A stretch of DNA of 64,000 nt, taken from the human T2T-CHM13v2.0 reference genome, Homo sapiens. The stretch lies in the NCBI RefSeq assembly GCF_009914755.1, contig NC_060936.1. One strand, written 5' to 3'. The notes below the pieces were generated by a model. It did not search any database. It saw nothing but the letters and a program-made list of their open reading frames with translations, and had not been told where the DNA came from. This document shows positions 30,079 through 45,483 of this stretch, piece after piece. Numbering within the stretch: the stretch's first letter is position 1; each line of letters begins with the position of its first letter. The position numbers were made by a program, and so were the translations under genes.

Positions 30079-30432
30079 TGTCTTAGTCAATTTGAGCTTC
30101 TATTCCAAAAATACCATAGACTAAGTGGCAGAAATTGGTTTCTCACAGTTTTAGAGGCTGGAAAGTCCAAGATCAAGGTGCTGGCCAGTTTGGTTCTTGG
30201 TGAGGGCTGTCTTCCTGATTTGAAGATGGATGCCTCCTTGCTGTGTCTCACATGTGCAGAGAGAGATCATCTCTCTCATGTCTCTTCTTATAAAGGTGCT
30301 AATCCCATGCATGAGGGTTTCACCTTCATTTCCTAATTACCTTCCAAAAGCTCCACCTCCAAATATCATCACATGGGGGATTAAGGCTTCAACATATGAA
30401 TTTGGGGTGACATAAACATTTAGTCCATAGCA
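30079..30432 (-). mobile_element. MLT1A-type solo LTR
   Basis: tgtcttagtc...tagtccatagca; gatagt repeated on both flanks. Confidence 0.92.
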
Positions 30433-33400
30433 GATAGTTAAGTAAATCTATATTTCTATGCATATGTTTAAGGGAGGAAATAAGTTTCATTGCTTTATTG
30501 TCATATTCACATGAATATGTCATGAATATCATCTAACAAAAGGGATCCAGGGATCCTGAGTTTTAGAAAGCCTATCTTGATGGTTTCTAATGGAAATTGC
30601 TTATTTGCCTGCATTAAGTTTGTGCCAGCCAACTGAAACTTTTATGTTTCTGAGCTTTGGACCAAACTTTTATCATTTCAGTGTGGTGACAGTGTATCTC
30701 ATATTAATCAGAAACTCTAATTGATCAGAAACTCTAATTGATATGAGTTCTAATCAGAACTCATAGTTCCATATGCCTTTGGTTAATACAAATGGGAAAA
30801 GGCATTATTTTCTAATTACCTATTAGGTAGACAAAAATATTTTCTAACCTAGAATCCATGAGGGGAGAAGATAACAATATTACTCTTTGCACAAAAAATT
30901 TTAAGTCATTATCTAGGACCATCTTTATTCCCATCTGACTGTACAAAGTATTGGCCGTTAAGAGAATGAAGGACTTTAAAATGACTGTTTATCATTTTTA
31001 ATTTATTAGAAGTCAGTTAATTATTACATACTGAACCACAAGCTTATTTAATACTAGAAGATGAGTTAATAATAAACTGCTCCATTTCATCGAGAGTGAT
31101 GGACCAATACAGTTACCAATGAAGCAGAACCAAGGGAGAAAGACATGAGGTACAGTGACAAAGAAGTGGGAGAGAGTTGTAATACAATATTTTCAATTGT
31201 GGAATCAAGTGCACATTTAAATATTTTTGTGCTATTGCTAAAGGAAATGCTATTTTTGATTAAGTTATTAAAGTCATTAAATTTAATTTTTTATTCTTTA
31301 ACTAAATTATTTTATATTAATCTGTGGTTTGGTCAAGTTGTCTTTGGCCTACCATCCCACAAGAAGTCAGTGACAATGTTGGGACCAGAATTCAGGAGTC
31401 ATCAGAGTCCATTGTTGTATTCTTATAACCATACTTCACTATCTCAGAGGATGATTTGATTTGTAATTACCACAATTACACATGCAATCTATCTTCTGCT
31501 GGCCACTTCTGTGTATGCGGCCATTGCACAGGGATATTGTTAAAATAAATTGCATAACACATGTAGGGATACATGCAGAGATAAATGATTTCTGTAAGCC
31601 CAGAAAAGATATAAAGAGCCATGAAACTTTAAATGAAATTCGTGTTTCTGGAGCAGCCAAATCAATCATGATCCCCAGCAAGAACATGCTTTGATCAGCA
31701 TCAATTTTTCTTACAGTCTTACATACAATAGTCATCTTGAAATACTGTCATTTAAAAAATTAATTTCCATAGTGATTTTTATCCTTGTTTTGGTGTTATA
31801 GCCCCTTTATTTATTCAATTTCTGATTAGGCTGATTATATGCATTTTTTTCTCTAATGGACCTCCTTAGTTGAACAGGCAATAATGCCATAATATGCGAT
31901 TAAATACAATTATGACTTTCTTCTCAAGGGCTTGAAATAGTCACAGTAAAAAATAAATGCTATAAATGCAAAGTGCCCTGGTAGAATTGTGCTTATAGAG
32001 GGAAACAGCACAAAATGTCAGATAAATGATGAGGCTCAGAAAGGATCCTTATAACATTTTGTTAACTTTCTGTCAGTTTTCATTTTACATAACAAGATAA
32101 ACTAAAAAACAACAATACGAGAACAATTTTGGGTCAATACGAAGTGAAACAGAAGAACATTTTGTCTTTCCAGATTGGTTTATCTCATCACTAAAGTAGC
32201 ATAGACTTAGCGATTAAATAGTATAATGCTGATGAAAATAGGAGCTAAAACAAAGACATGGAAGTAGTCCATGGTTTGGTACATAAAGTGTGTTTCTGTC
32301 ATTTGTTCTTTGCAATATTTAATTCAGTCACAATCTCAGTGATTTCCTTGAGCTTTTGGATCACAGAAATGAGAATGCTGCTGTTCCTCCACTGCAGGGC
32401 TCTGGACCCCTCGTTGTTTACCTGAAGATAAGCTTCATCTCTCAGTTAATGGCAAAATTATATTCTGACCTCCAATCTAGTGCTTTTGTTAACTCAGCAT
32501 TATTTAGAAAAGTCTAAGGACAAGTGTCGGTCTGGACCCTGGTGTGGCTGCTATGTGAAATTCAGTTTATCTGAAGGCTCATTGAAATTCATTTTGTGCA
32601 TAAACAAAAAACTACCAGGTTCCCCCCACCCCCAATTCATTTGATCACCAGATCTGAAAGTATTGAATAAATCCGTAAAACCTAGTGCAGTGTCTAATTC
32701 TGAAGACACTTCAAAATATTAGTCTTGGGGCAATTCTGGGTACTGTGAGAGAAACAGAAAAATCAGAAGATGTATTTCTTCCTTCAGGTACTTTACCATC
32801 TACTTGGAGTGCCAAAGCAGCAGAACAACTAGAGAATAAAAGCTATGTGTGTATTGTGTAACCAGCTTATGTACTATATAACCCACAACCAACATCCAAC
32901 CTGCAATTACAGCTAGGGTTTCTAACTTTTCTCTAAAATAACCCAAAACATTTTTACTCCTCTTCTTCTTCATTATTCTGAAAATTGAGCAATATAAAAT
33001 TTTTAAAAAGAAGGGGAAAATGAAAACTAGAAAGGAAAAGCATACAGATGACTATTTCTTCAAATTTTTCTCTGATCTTTGTGTGAGAGACTTGAAACGA
33101 ATTGTTTATTTATCAAGCTCATTCACTTTACCTTCCTAGCAATTTCAAAGTTGACTGCTCCTACAAGATGAGGAAATTAAATGATGAGAGAGAAGTAGGC
33201 ACTGATGGGATGGGATGAGGGATTTGATGATAAGGACTGATTTGATCTCCTTAAAATCCTAGACTCTAGCCCAAGATTATTGTCTTAAGTATTCTCTTCT
33301 GTTATCATCCAATTCAGTCTCTAGGATTGAGATACTATTGTTCTAAGAAAGAATGTATATTTTATATCTACTATATGAATCTTTCCCTCCTTCAGATATG

Positions 33401-33683
33401 CCTGGATGCTTCTCTGTGGGGGTGGGTGATTTTTAAAGATGTTAGTCATTATTGGTCTCTACTAGAATCACCTGTTCTTTTTTTTTATTATGCCACATTG
33501 GAAAAAGAAAGATAAATTCAGTCATTTTTCCTTTATACTCTATGGAAGGCTGCATTATCAAGTATCTCTCCCCAAATAAGATCAATCATATCCTGTTTTG
33601 ATAAACTGGCCATAGTGTTACTTTACCTTCTTTCTTTATGTCGTGTTGAGAAAGTTTTTTAACCTCAAGGGAAGTCAAAGTTT

Positions 33684-33994
33684 TTGTTTTCGTTGTTGTT
33701 GTTGTTGTTGTTTGAGACAGAGTCTCACTTTGTCGCCCAGGCTGGTGTGCAGTGGCATGATCTCCCTCACTGCAAACTCCGCCTCCTGGGTTCAAGTCAT
33801 CCTTCTGCTTCAGCCTCCTGAGTAGCTGGGACTACAGGCGCCCACCACCACGCTTGGCTAATTTTTGTATTTTTAGTAGAGACAGGGTTTCACCATGTTG
33901 GCCAGGCTGGTCTTGAACTCCTGACCTCAAGTGATCTGCCCGCCTTGCCCTCCCAAAGTGCTGGGATTACAGGCGTGAGCCACCGTGCCCTGCC
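33684..33994 (-). mobile_element. AluS with (TTG)n tail
   Basis: TSD gaagtcaaagttt. Confidence 0.95.
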
Positions 33995-34787
33995 AGAAGT
34001 CAAAGTTTCTGTGTCAATGTTTTCACAAACATTATCTCTGAGGTGTGGAAATATGTCTTATTTCCCATTTTAAAAGTGATATATAACACCGTTAGCTTCT
34101 CTTAGCCTTGGTATCTTTAACCGTAAAATGAAGTATAGATATAAACATTTGTCCAATCTCTCCAACTAGATTATAAACCTCAAGAGATAATGAATAATAA
34201 ATAATGCCACTTTGTATCTCTAGTACTTAACAGAGTGCCTACTGACTAGTAGATGCTCAATAAAAGTTGAGAATAATTATATTTCCATTTCTTCACTTTC
34301 TTGAATAAGGTGGATTTCTGTATTATCCTATAATTATTATGTTTAAAATAATATATTATTTTATAGTAATAACTAAGTCAGATGATCTAAGTTAAAACTT
34401 TCATCGGAATCTAAGAAGAGAAGAATTTGATGGAAGTCAGCCAACAAATATTATGCTGCGTCAAAACAGTGTAGCTGTCTCTCACTGTGCCAATTTATTT
34501 TACCCAAGGTGTTGCAACTTTGAGATACCTGACAAAAAAAGAGGCTCAAAGGTATTGCCAGTCTACATAGACCATCATATGTTGGTCCCGTCTGCTGAGA
34601 AACGTGGGTTTATGTGGAAGTTTTTCCTGACACTTAGAAAACAGCATAAGCCAAGATAAAATTTGCTTTCATTTGTCAATGCAACATCAATTCTTCTACA
34701 AGCAGTAGACTGGAGTTTTAAAGTAGTGACAACCCACAGGACGTATTCTTCCATCGTCTTATATATAACAAGCTGTTTCTCTCCCTG

Positions 34788-35224
34788 TCTATTAGGCTAT
34801 TCTTACATTGCTATAAAGAAATGCCTGATACTGGATAATTCATAAAGAAAAGAACTTTAATGGGTTCCTGGTTCTGTAGATTGTACAGGAAGTAGGGCAC
34901 TGTCATCTGCTTCTGGGGAGGCCTTGGGAAGCTTTTACAATCATGGTAGAAGGGGAAGCAGAAGCTTACATGTCACTTGGCGAGAGCAGGTGCAAGTGAG
35001 TGCAAGGAGAAGGTGCTACACACTTTTAAATGACCAGATCTCACAAGAACTCACTCACTATCTCAAGGACAGTACCAAGGGGGAGGGTGCTAAACCCTTC
35101 ATGAGAAATCTACCCCCATGACCCAATCACCTCGCACCAGGCGCTATCTCCAGCATTGGGGATTACATTTCAATATGAGTGGGGATATATGATTTGGATG
35201 GGAACACAGATGCAAACTATGTCA
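34788..35224 (-). mobile_element. MSTA/MSTB-type solo LTR
   Basis: 'attaggctattcttacattgctataaagaaatgcctga...aaactatgtca'; TSD ccctg/ccgtg. Confidence 0.9.
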
Positions 35225-35472
35225 CCGTGTTACCCTCCCAGTAGGGACCTCTAGATTTAACAACCTTAGGGCAAGGGAGTAGGAGAGCCTCATGGTAATG
35301 ATTCCTGCCTGATTAAGGTATAACAAAGAGTTATTAGTTAAAGAAAAATGAAAAAAAGAGAGACAGACAAACAGAAAGCAGGAATAAAAAGTTTTATAAA
35401 TGCAAGAAAAAATGTTTGCATGAAATGACACAAGAAGTATCAAATGAATAAACACAATTTATGAAACGTGCA

Positions 35473-35920
35473 TGTCATAGTTAATTTTATATGTCAACTT
35501 GACTTGGCCATGGATGCTCAGATACCTGATTAAATATTGTTTCTAGGAGTGCCTGTGAGGATGTTTCCAGGAGAGATAAGTATTGGAATTGATGGACCAA
35601 GTAAAGCAGGTGGCATACTCCAATATGGATGGGCATGATTCAATCCATTGAGGGCTCGAATAGAGCAAAAAGACAGAAGAATGCTGGGTTCACCTGCTCT
35701 CTGCTGGACTACTTGGGTTGGGACATCTATCTTCTTCTGCCTTTGATGCTTCTGGTTCTCAGGCCTTGAGATTTAGCCTGGAATCTACACCATTGACCCT
35801 CTAGCTTTCAGGCCTTTAAACTTCACTTGACCTTCCTGCATGTCCAGATTGCAGACAGCAGATTCTGGGATTTCTTAGCCTCCATAATCATGTGAGCCAA
35901 TATGTGATAATAAATTTCTT
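35473..35920 (+). mobile_element. MLT2 (ERVL) LTR, truncated just after AATAAA
   Basis: 'tgtcatagttaattttatatgtcaacttgac...cctccataatcatgtgagccaa...aataaat'. Confidence 0.85.
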
Positions 35921-38013
35921 TAAAAATATGGATTAGTAAAATTTGCATCCTAATGAAAATGTAAGCATTGTGACAGAGAATGCTTTAGTCAGTCTCAAAT
36001 CCTAAATTTGAGATTGAAATTTAAGATAGCTTAGGATGAGGAAACCACAGTGTCCTTATTGAAGGAGTGACTTACTGACTTCTACATCCAATACAGCTCC
36101 TTATATTTGACAATAAAATTGAAACAATAATAGTTTAAATCTTGGCACATAGAAATTATATGTCCCTGACCTACTAATTTTCTGTAATCAGGATGCTAGA
36201 CAATTAACTTCCTAAAGAAAACACATGGACAATTATGCAATGTTTTTGATAATGAAGCAATGTTAGCTCACTAAATGAAGTAAAATCTGAGGAAGCTATG
36301 AGAAGTATGAAGTTGATTATTATGAAAAAGAAGTTTGAGCTGTATCTTAAAGATAATGAATGCTCCTTAGGTCAGTCAGTAAGTTTTAAAATTACTTAAC
36401 TGAAAAAATTAAGAGAATGTTTGATAATTTAACATGTATCTTTACTTCCAGAGTAAATTAATTATCCAGATTTTTATCCCACTGCTCTCTAAATTGTTCT
36501 ATTCAGGCAACTATATATGGTCAAAGTTGTATTTGCCTGTTTTTCTCCATGTTTGCTTCCATTGTCTACACAAAAAACTTAGGCTATTATTTTATGTGAA
36601 AATAAAAAATAGGGAGTTACATGCAGTTCTTTTTCCGCTGACCAAAGAAAGTTTTCTTCAGAAAGAGCAGTCCCATTTTTTACTTATTTAAAGAATCCAC
36701 ATTCTTTGTTCTTCCTGGACATATGCCTTTTGCTTAGAATGGGAACAGAAAAGGTGAGACTGCCTCTAGAGAAGCTGAAAGCAAAGTAGTGGGTCTGTAA
36801 GATCTCAACATAATCAACAGTAGCTGTGTATTCGTAGCTGTGATACAGAATGCTGTCATACGTCTCACTACCACTCCAAAGCTTTACCATGCTGCTTAGC
36901 ACATTGAAGCTTCATCTCAGATCTTGCCGGACTTATTTGATATTTAAGATGGAGAGTCTAAAGGACAAAACTAAATACTTCCATGATGTTTAAATTGGGC
37001 GACAGAAATACAACCTACTTAGAAAGTGGTGTCATGTTATTCCATTTTTCAAGAGTTTAATCCTCACATTGGTTATTTGCTACGAAGACTCAAGGCATCA
37101 TTTCACTTGACTTAGCCTAGCCCTATCACAGTGATGGCAAAATAAGTTATATTAGCCCAGCAGCATGCATCAGACAGTCTGAAAACATTCTAAATGATTA
37201 CCACTGAATAAGAGAAAAGAGAGCCATCAAGCCTCATTGAGAGAGGCATGTCCAGTCATCTACCAAGATCATTTACCACCCTGTTCATTGTTTTACTCAG
37301 CAGACACCCTCACGCAGCTCTCTTCAGACCCTGTGTCAGCGAAATTACAAAATGTCCTTGGGATCATTCACACGCAGTTGAAACTATGAATCTTTAATCT
37401 GGAAATGCCAAATTTTCTGGGAAGAAAAGCATTTGAAAAAATGCCTTACAATGTCATTATTTCCTGCCCTAAGGGCTACTCCTCCTTTTGAAAACCAATT
37501 TTTAGAAATTAGACATTTTTCAATACTTTGTAAGTCCTTAAACCAATGTACGATGTCAGCTGCAATATTTTATGTGTTTCAAGACAAATAAAATTCTTTT
37601 TTATTAACAGTTATATGTCTGGCCCTTAAAATGCTGTAAAATAAAATGCTTCACTGTGTGAAAGGCTATCATGGGGTCATTGGATAAGTTACCAAACATA
37701 TTTTTCCTGTTTTTAGGACATTTTAAGTTTAGCTTTTGCTGCTGTTGAAATAAAGAAAACCCTTAATTAACATTTCTGCAACTTCTCATTTTTTTGTCAT
37801 CCTCTGTATAACTAGTTGAGTCATTACATGAGGGTAACTCTAATAAACAAATCTAGTAATTGTTCTGGATAACATTTTATTTTGTATCTTCTTATAAATG
37901 AATATTTGATGATCTTTACATTCTGCAGAAAGATTTACACTTTCAAATGCTAGCCATTAATTAGTGAAAGCAGTACAACATTTTATAAAACACATTTAGT
38001 ATTTATTTTTTAA

Positions 38014-38656
<643 letters not shown>

Positions 38657-38799
38657 TGATTAAAGATTCTTGATACAATTAATGATTGGGTGTGATTTAT
38701 GTAGTGAATGATTATATGCTTTAAATAAGAATACATTCATAGATTTTTAAATCACACTTTAAGATCAAAAAAAGATTTTAAGATATTTTAAAAGATGGA

Positions 38800-39111
38800 G
38801 GCCAGGCACGGTGGCTCACTCCTGTAATCCCAGCACTTCAGGTGGCCAAGGTAGGTGGACCATTTGAAGTCAGGAGCTCAAGACCAGCCTAGCAAAGATG
38901 ATAAAACCCTGTCTCTACTAAAAATACGAAAATTAGCCAGGCATGGTAGCGCACACCTGTAGTCCCAGCTACTTGGGAGACTGAGGCAGGAGAATTACTT
39001 GAGCCTGAGAGGCGGAGGTTGCAGCGAGCCAAGATCGTGCTACGGCGCTCCAGCCTGGGCAACAGACCAAGACTCTATCTCAATAAAAACAAATAAATAA
39101 ATAAATAAAAA
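38800..39111 (+). mobile_element. AluS with (TAAA)n tail
   Basis: TSD taaaagat(g/t)gag. Confidence 0.95.
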
Positions 39112-39470
39112 TAAAAGATTGAGACTTTTTTAAGGGGTGAAAATATTTCATTTGAGCAAAGCATTCCTCAGCTAAAAAAAACAAGTTTTAAAATTTCTGA
39201 TTTAGGAACCAGTAATATATTGAAAACTGAAGTTTAAGTGTCAATATGCTAAATAAATATTTCCATTTCCCTAAGTACAAATCATAAATTGCGAAGTAAC
39301 TAGAAAGGAAACTATTGATCTTCAGCTTATCTGCCTTTGTGCAGATATTTATCCGGTTCAATATTTGACTAACTTGTCTAACCGTAAGAACCTTGTTAAA
39401 ATACTGATACCCAGAAGTAATTTAACATGTCACGACATACGTTTAGAAAGGTCTCCTGTTTGCGTTAGAG

Positions 39471-39613
39471 GAGTGTTCTTCAACTTTGAATCACATATGA
39501 ACAACGTTCATAACATTTAAGGGGTCTTGTTAAAATGCAGATTTCGATTTATGTATTACAAGTTTCTGGGTGATACTAACACTGCTGTTCTGCAGACCAC
39601 ATCTTGAGTAGCA
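39471..39613. mobile_element. MER5A-like hAT-Charlie MITE
   Basis: 'cttgttaaaatgcagatt...gggtgatacta...gaccacatcttgagtagcaa'. Confidence 0.7.
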
Positions 39614-40627
39614 AAGCATTCCAGAAGCATTCAAGATCCCAGAACAGGACACCTCATCTAGCAGGTCCTCCACAAATGTTTATTAGTCAATCAGAATCTA
39701 GCTAGGTGCAGTGGCACTAAACGTCTTTTTTTCTTTTCTCCTTTTTTCTCCCTTGCCCTAGCTTAAAGCTGTGCATAGAAGTTATTTTATTTTATCCTGG
39801 TAAATTGAGCACTTCTGTTTGTTTTATAGAGGTGTGCCCTTTCTGTTGAGTATCTTTCTAAGAGCCATTATGGTGTGACTCATCTTTCTGACAGTATTTA
39901 TTTTAAATTTTAATTTATTCAGCTGCTTCAATCACATTCATAAGTTATCTTTTAGAATACCTTCTCTCCTTCACACTTACCTTGGCCAGAAACCTGATCA
40001 TCTGAATACTTGTAAGAGAACCAAGAAAGTATAGACTAATTGTTTATTTTAAAAAGCACAATGAAGGAAGAAATGGATGTGATTTTTTTCTTGGAAACGG
40101 GAATTTAATCACCTAATAGAGTCTCTTAGAAAAGTACCATTCCCAAATCTGTTCTTGATTTTGAATACTAAATTGCTCTAAATCCACCTAATGGTTGTTT
40201 AAACCTATGACACCATGGAGAATGTGAGAACAATACCGTCTATGAACCTCTTCAAGAATAAGCTCAAAAATGAACTCCACCAATTGATGTGGAAAGTATT
40301 TCATGCATGGGACGTTCTAACCAGGGAAATGGGAAAGAGCTGGCATAGCAAAGGTGGAGGGGCTAAGGAAGAACACTGAGAGATGGGACAGAGATGGCTT
40401 GCCAATTCACGCGTCACATGAGAACACCAAAAGATTTTGGAAAATCCATAAATAACCTAAATTCTCTTTTTTCCTGGCCCGTCCAGCTACCTCCCCCCCA
40501 AAAAAAGAAGCCCTAAACAGCCTCTTTGCTATGTCTCAGCTAATCAGCTTATCAGCAGCTCACATAAGAAAAGGTAAATAATATTCGCTATTTCAAATTG
40601 TTCCTCTCTCCACTTTTCCTTACATAA

Positions 40628-40954
<327 letters not shown>

Positions 40955-41289
40955 TGAAATGAATTTATTACACACTCCATTGATTGTATAAGTAAAATAG
41001 CCTGGTAAAAATTAGCTGCATGTCTTTTTATCATTCTTTGAAAAACGAGAAGTGTTTAGTTTGAAGTATCTAAGTAATGACAACCAGCCTGAACTATTAA
41101 AAGGATGTCAGGAAGAAGAGAGCAAACATGTCCTTTTTGCTACAGAATGCCAAAATTATAATCAACAGGTAACAATCGCAAGGATAAACCTTGTTTGCCT
41201 AACAAGATAAAGGACTTTCTTAAAATCAGAATTCCAATAAAGTCTCTCATTTAAATTCAGGGGTTAGATAACTTAGAATGGGACAAATA

Positions 41290-41425
41290 GCACTTATATT
41301 TTAATCTCTAATTTATTTGTCTGTCTGCACCACTTGAGGCCAGGAACTATTTCTTATTCATTCTTGCCTCTTCTGCACCTAGGAGAGTGTCTAGCTCATA
41401 TTCATTAAATAAATTTTGTTGAGCA
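41290..41425 (+). mobile_element. L2 3' end
   Basis: 'cttgaggccaggaactatttcttattcatt...cacctaggagagtgtctagc'. Confidence 0.55.
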
Positions 41426-41556
41426 GTACTGAAAGGCACAGATTTAAGACTTTGGAACCTTTCCCAATACTATGCCCTTGTCGTGTTGAATGAACGAATG
41501 AATCATGAGTTTCAAGCCTAATGTTTCCCACATGTCATGATTAATGGTCAAACTAA

Positions 41557-41885
<329 letters not shown>

Positions 41886-42447
41886 GGTTCCTCTCTCTTA
41901 ATTCAGTTTCCCAGGGTCTTTACTGACAGCCCTCTGTTAAGAACTGAGCAGTTTCTTGTATCCTATCAGTGGTTTTGCCACTTCCTTCTTTTTTTTTTTT
42001 TTCCCCACCAACATGCTCCTCTCTTTCTCTAAGTGAAGTTGTGCAGTTTTTTTTCTCTAAGCTATAAACAACTACACTTGGGATCCCAGGCCTTCCCTTC
42101 ATTACCCTTATGAATATGCCTTTGTGTCAGTGGTTGGCCAGAGACAAATAGTAATAATAGAAAATCAATATACTGTATGGGGAGAAGTGGAAAAGTGCCT
42201 GGATATAAGTTTTACATTAAGGTTCGGTCTATACACAATCATATTGATTAGATGTAATTGATAGATTATCTTAGTATTATTCACATGACATTATTTGTGC
42301 CTTCCTGAGAGGATTCTACCCTCCCATGATTCGTGGAACTATCTAAACAACTTCCTAGGAATGATCCTCTCCTTTACTCCTACACAGTCCAACTACATGC
42401 AAAGGTGCCCAGCACATGGTTAAAAAACAATACTACCTGTGCAAATA

Positions 42448-42584
42448 CAGACGCTACTCAGCTTATAATGGACATACAGCCTGATAAACCCATCATAAGT
42501 CAAAAAATACATTTAATACCCTGATAAGCCCATCATAAAGTCACAAAAGCATAAGTAGAACCATTGTAAGTCAGGAACCGTCTG
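42448..42584. mobile_element. MER47-like Tigger MITE (short form)
   Basis: TIRs cagacgctactcagcttataatgg / ccattgtaagtcaggaaccgtctg; TA on both flanks. Confidence 0.85.
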
Positions 42585-42759
42585 TATAAGGTATCAAGAC
42601 AAATAAAAGTGAATACCACACATACTACTTGTGAACTTTTAATAACTCTGAACACAAACAGCTTGAAAACAATAATTGGATAGATGGTCTTTAATTCATG
42701 TCTTTATGAAAATAGCAAAAGAGTATATTGAGAATGATTGAATCAAATTTAACAAAACC

Positions 42760-42922
42760 TTGCTTCTCAGTGTGACTCCTCGACCATCAGCATTGAAATC
42801 ACCTAGAAGCTTACTAGAAATGTAGAAACTGGGGCCCACCCCAGACTTACTAAATCAGAATCTGCATTTTTAACAAGGTCCCCAAGAAAATCAGTACACG
42901 CATTATGTTTAAGAAGCTACTC
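42760..42922. mobile_element. MER5-family MITE
   Basis: 'cagcattgaaatcacctagaagcttactagaaatgtaga...aaatcagaatctgcatttttaacaag'. Confidence 0.8.
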
Positions 42923-43162
42923 TAATGAGTACGCATTAAGTATTGATCACACTCCAGTTCCTTCTTAGAAAAGAACTGACGGCACGGCTTAACCAGTGTG
43001 ACTAAAGGAATGATCTCAGTGTTGGTCTGTCCTAAATTTTCCTTTGTGTCTACCCTGAACTGAGATTCGCCAGGGCCTTTAATACTAGGATTTAGTCTTC
43101 CTTTATGCATGCACTCAAATTAGAGCCTTTGTCATCTGAGTCTTTACAGATGATATCTCTCA

Positions 43163-43459
43163 ACAGTGCTGGGAGTGTGGCCTAAAGCAATGTAATACTA
43201 AGTGAAGTCAGAAAACTGGCTACCCATCTGCAAATTGTTTGTTACTTGTCTGTCATAATATAGCAACTTTGGTAGAATATGCATGATGACATAAGAAGCT
43301 TGTGCCAAAATGTAAATCACCTACATCACTAGGCACACTCTTAATTTCAGCTGCTATTTTTTTCTTAGTAAAACTTTTTCAATGAAGGAAGTAGCATGTT
43401 GATTTCTACTCAAGCATAGCTTGTTACCTCCTTGTGGACAAGAACTTTGAATAGCACAG
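43163..43459. mobile_element. hAT-Charlie MITE (subfamily uncertain)
   Basis: cagtgct... / ...actttgaatagcacag termini with an internal inverted repeat. Confidence 0.55.
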
Positions 43460-45131
43460 GCAAAGTGATTAAATGCAGAAGGCTGCTCTACTTGCTGCAG
43501 TGTGAATGTGGTTAATCACAACAGGCCCTACATATTAGAGCACAAATTAATTATGGCTATAGATTAACTGCTTTGTTAACTCCATAATTTCTCTGGGGTT
43601 CACAGCTAGATTCCCAGTACCTGGCACAGAGATGGCCTTCAGTGTCTGTTGAGTGAATGAAGTGCCTAGCTCAACTCTCATTGTTTACCTGTTGTTGTAG
43701 TTGTTTCTTCTGGCTTGGATTTCTAAAGCTCCTGAGGTATAGATACTGTTGATTTTACCTAAAGAGGCTTCAGCAGAAGAGAACAATCACACAAGAACTA
43801 GAAAAGACAAGGAAGGTTTTATGAGGAAAATGAACATTAATCTAGAATTTGAAGGAAAAATGGGACCCACATCAGCATCATAGAGAAAAGGGGATTCCTG
43901 GCAAGGAGAACATGGAATTTTGTGGAATGCACAGAATGTAGGAGGTAGGAATACATATGGCATTTCAAGGAATGAGTGTGCCATACGTCAGCCAAAGGCT
44001 GAGGCAATGGAGTACTGGGAGGAAGTGTTAAGAATTATGGATGGACCAGATTCTTACTTTAACATCTTTTTTTTCCCCTAAGCCTAATGTGCTTCCAAAC
44101 TTGCCTCTTTTATTAAATGATATTCATAACAAAAGCAATACTAAAGTCCTTCCTTGCCTGTTTCCTCTACACACATAAAAATTAAACATTTAAATAAAAG
44201 TAGAAAAATTGTGACACTTTTTTAAAGCTTCAAGAGTAAGATTTCACATACAGATGACACATTTTCTACAATGTAAAATTTAGAGCATTACTAACGCATA
44301 TTAAATGCTAGATCAGTCTTTCAAGTTACAGTACACAGAAGATAAAAATAGGTGCGATTTGGAAAGAACAAAGGTGAACTCGAAGCATACAGTGAATAGG
44401 CACAAATCAGCTACAAATTTTAGCAGATATTCATGCGCTTATTGAAATAAGCCACCTTTTCCTGCATTTGTGCCGACAAGTCCATTTATCCTTTTTAAGA
44501 TGCTCCAGTAACGATAGGAGCATTTTGGGGGCGGGGGAGGGGGGCTAATTGATGTGATCTAATTTTTCAGACTCAGGAGTTTTGGAGAAAGGTCAGTGTA
44601 ACAGAAAAGCTGCCCATTAGAAATAACATCTATAAACTGTCAGAAAAGAGTGCAAGCCAGAAGATGAAGCAATTCAGATTGCTTCCCTTCTTTTCCAAGG
44701 TTCTTGGGAAAAAAATTTCATTACGCATAAGAAGTATAGCTAAATACTTAACTGAAGTTAAAACAAAATCATGTTTTCTAACAGTTCAGGTGAATTTCAA
44801 GCCATCCAGGCCACAAGATAATGATGTCCTCCAAGTCTGACCTACAGGGAACTTTTCTTCTAATTAATAAACAGACTACAGCAAGAAAATTAATTTATGC
44901 ACCGCATTTACTTGTTGATGCCCTTCGAGAGCATAGCATTTCAGTAGGCACTGTGTACACGAGATACAGCAGAAGAATACGTCAAAGCTAGTTCTTTGGT
45001 GTTTTTTTTTTCCCAGAGAAAATAGAGGTAATCCAACATTAGACAGAATTTGTCGAGATTACTAGATGTACATTCAAAACATCCATTCAACAAACCAATT
45101 GAATTAGTTGCATATAAGAGTGTCCCCTCTG

Positions 45132-45483
<352 letters not shown>

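Noticed and set aside
32770-32845. Acceptor ttccttcag followed by AATAAA (possible terminal exon)
   Set aside because: Resembles a decayed antisense L2 end; such motifs are common by chance
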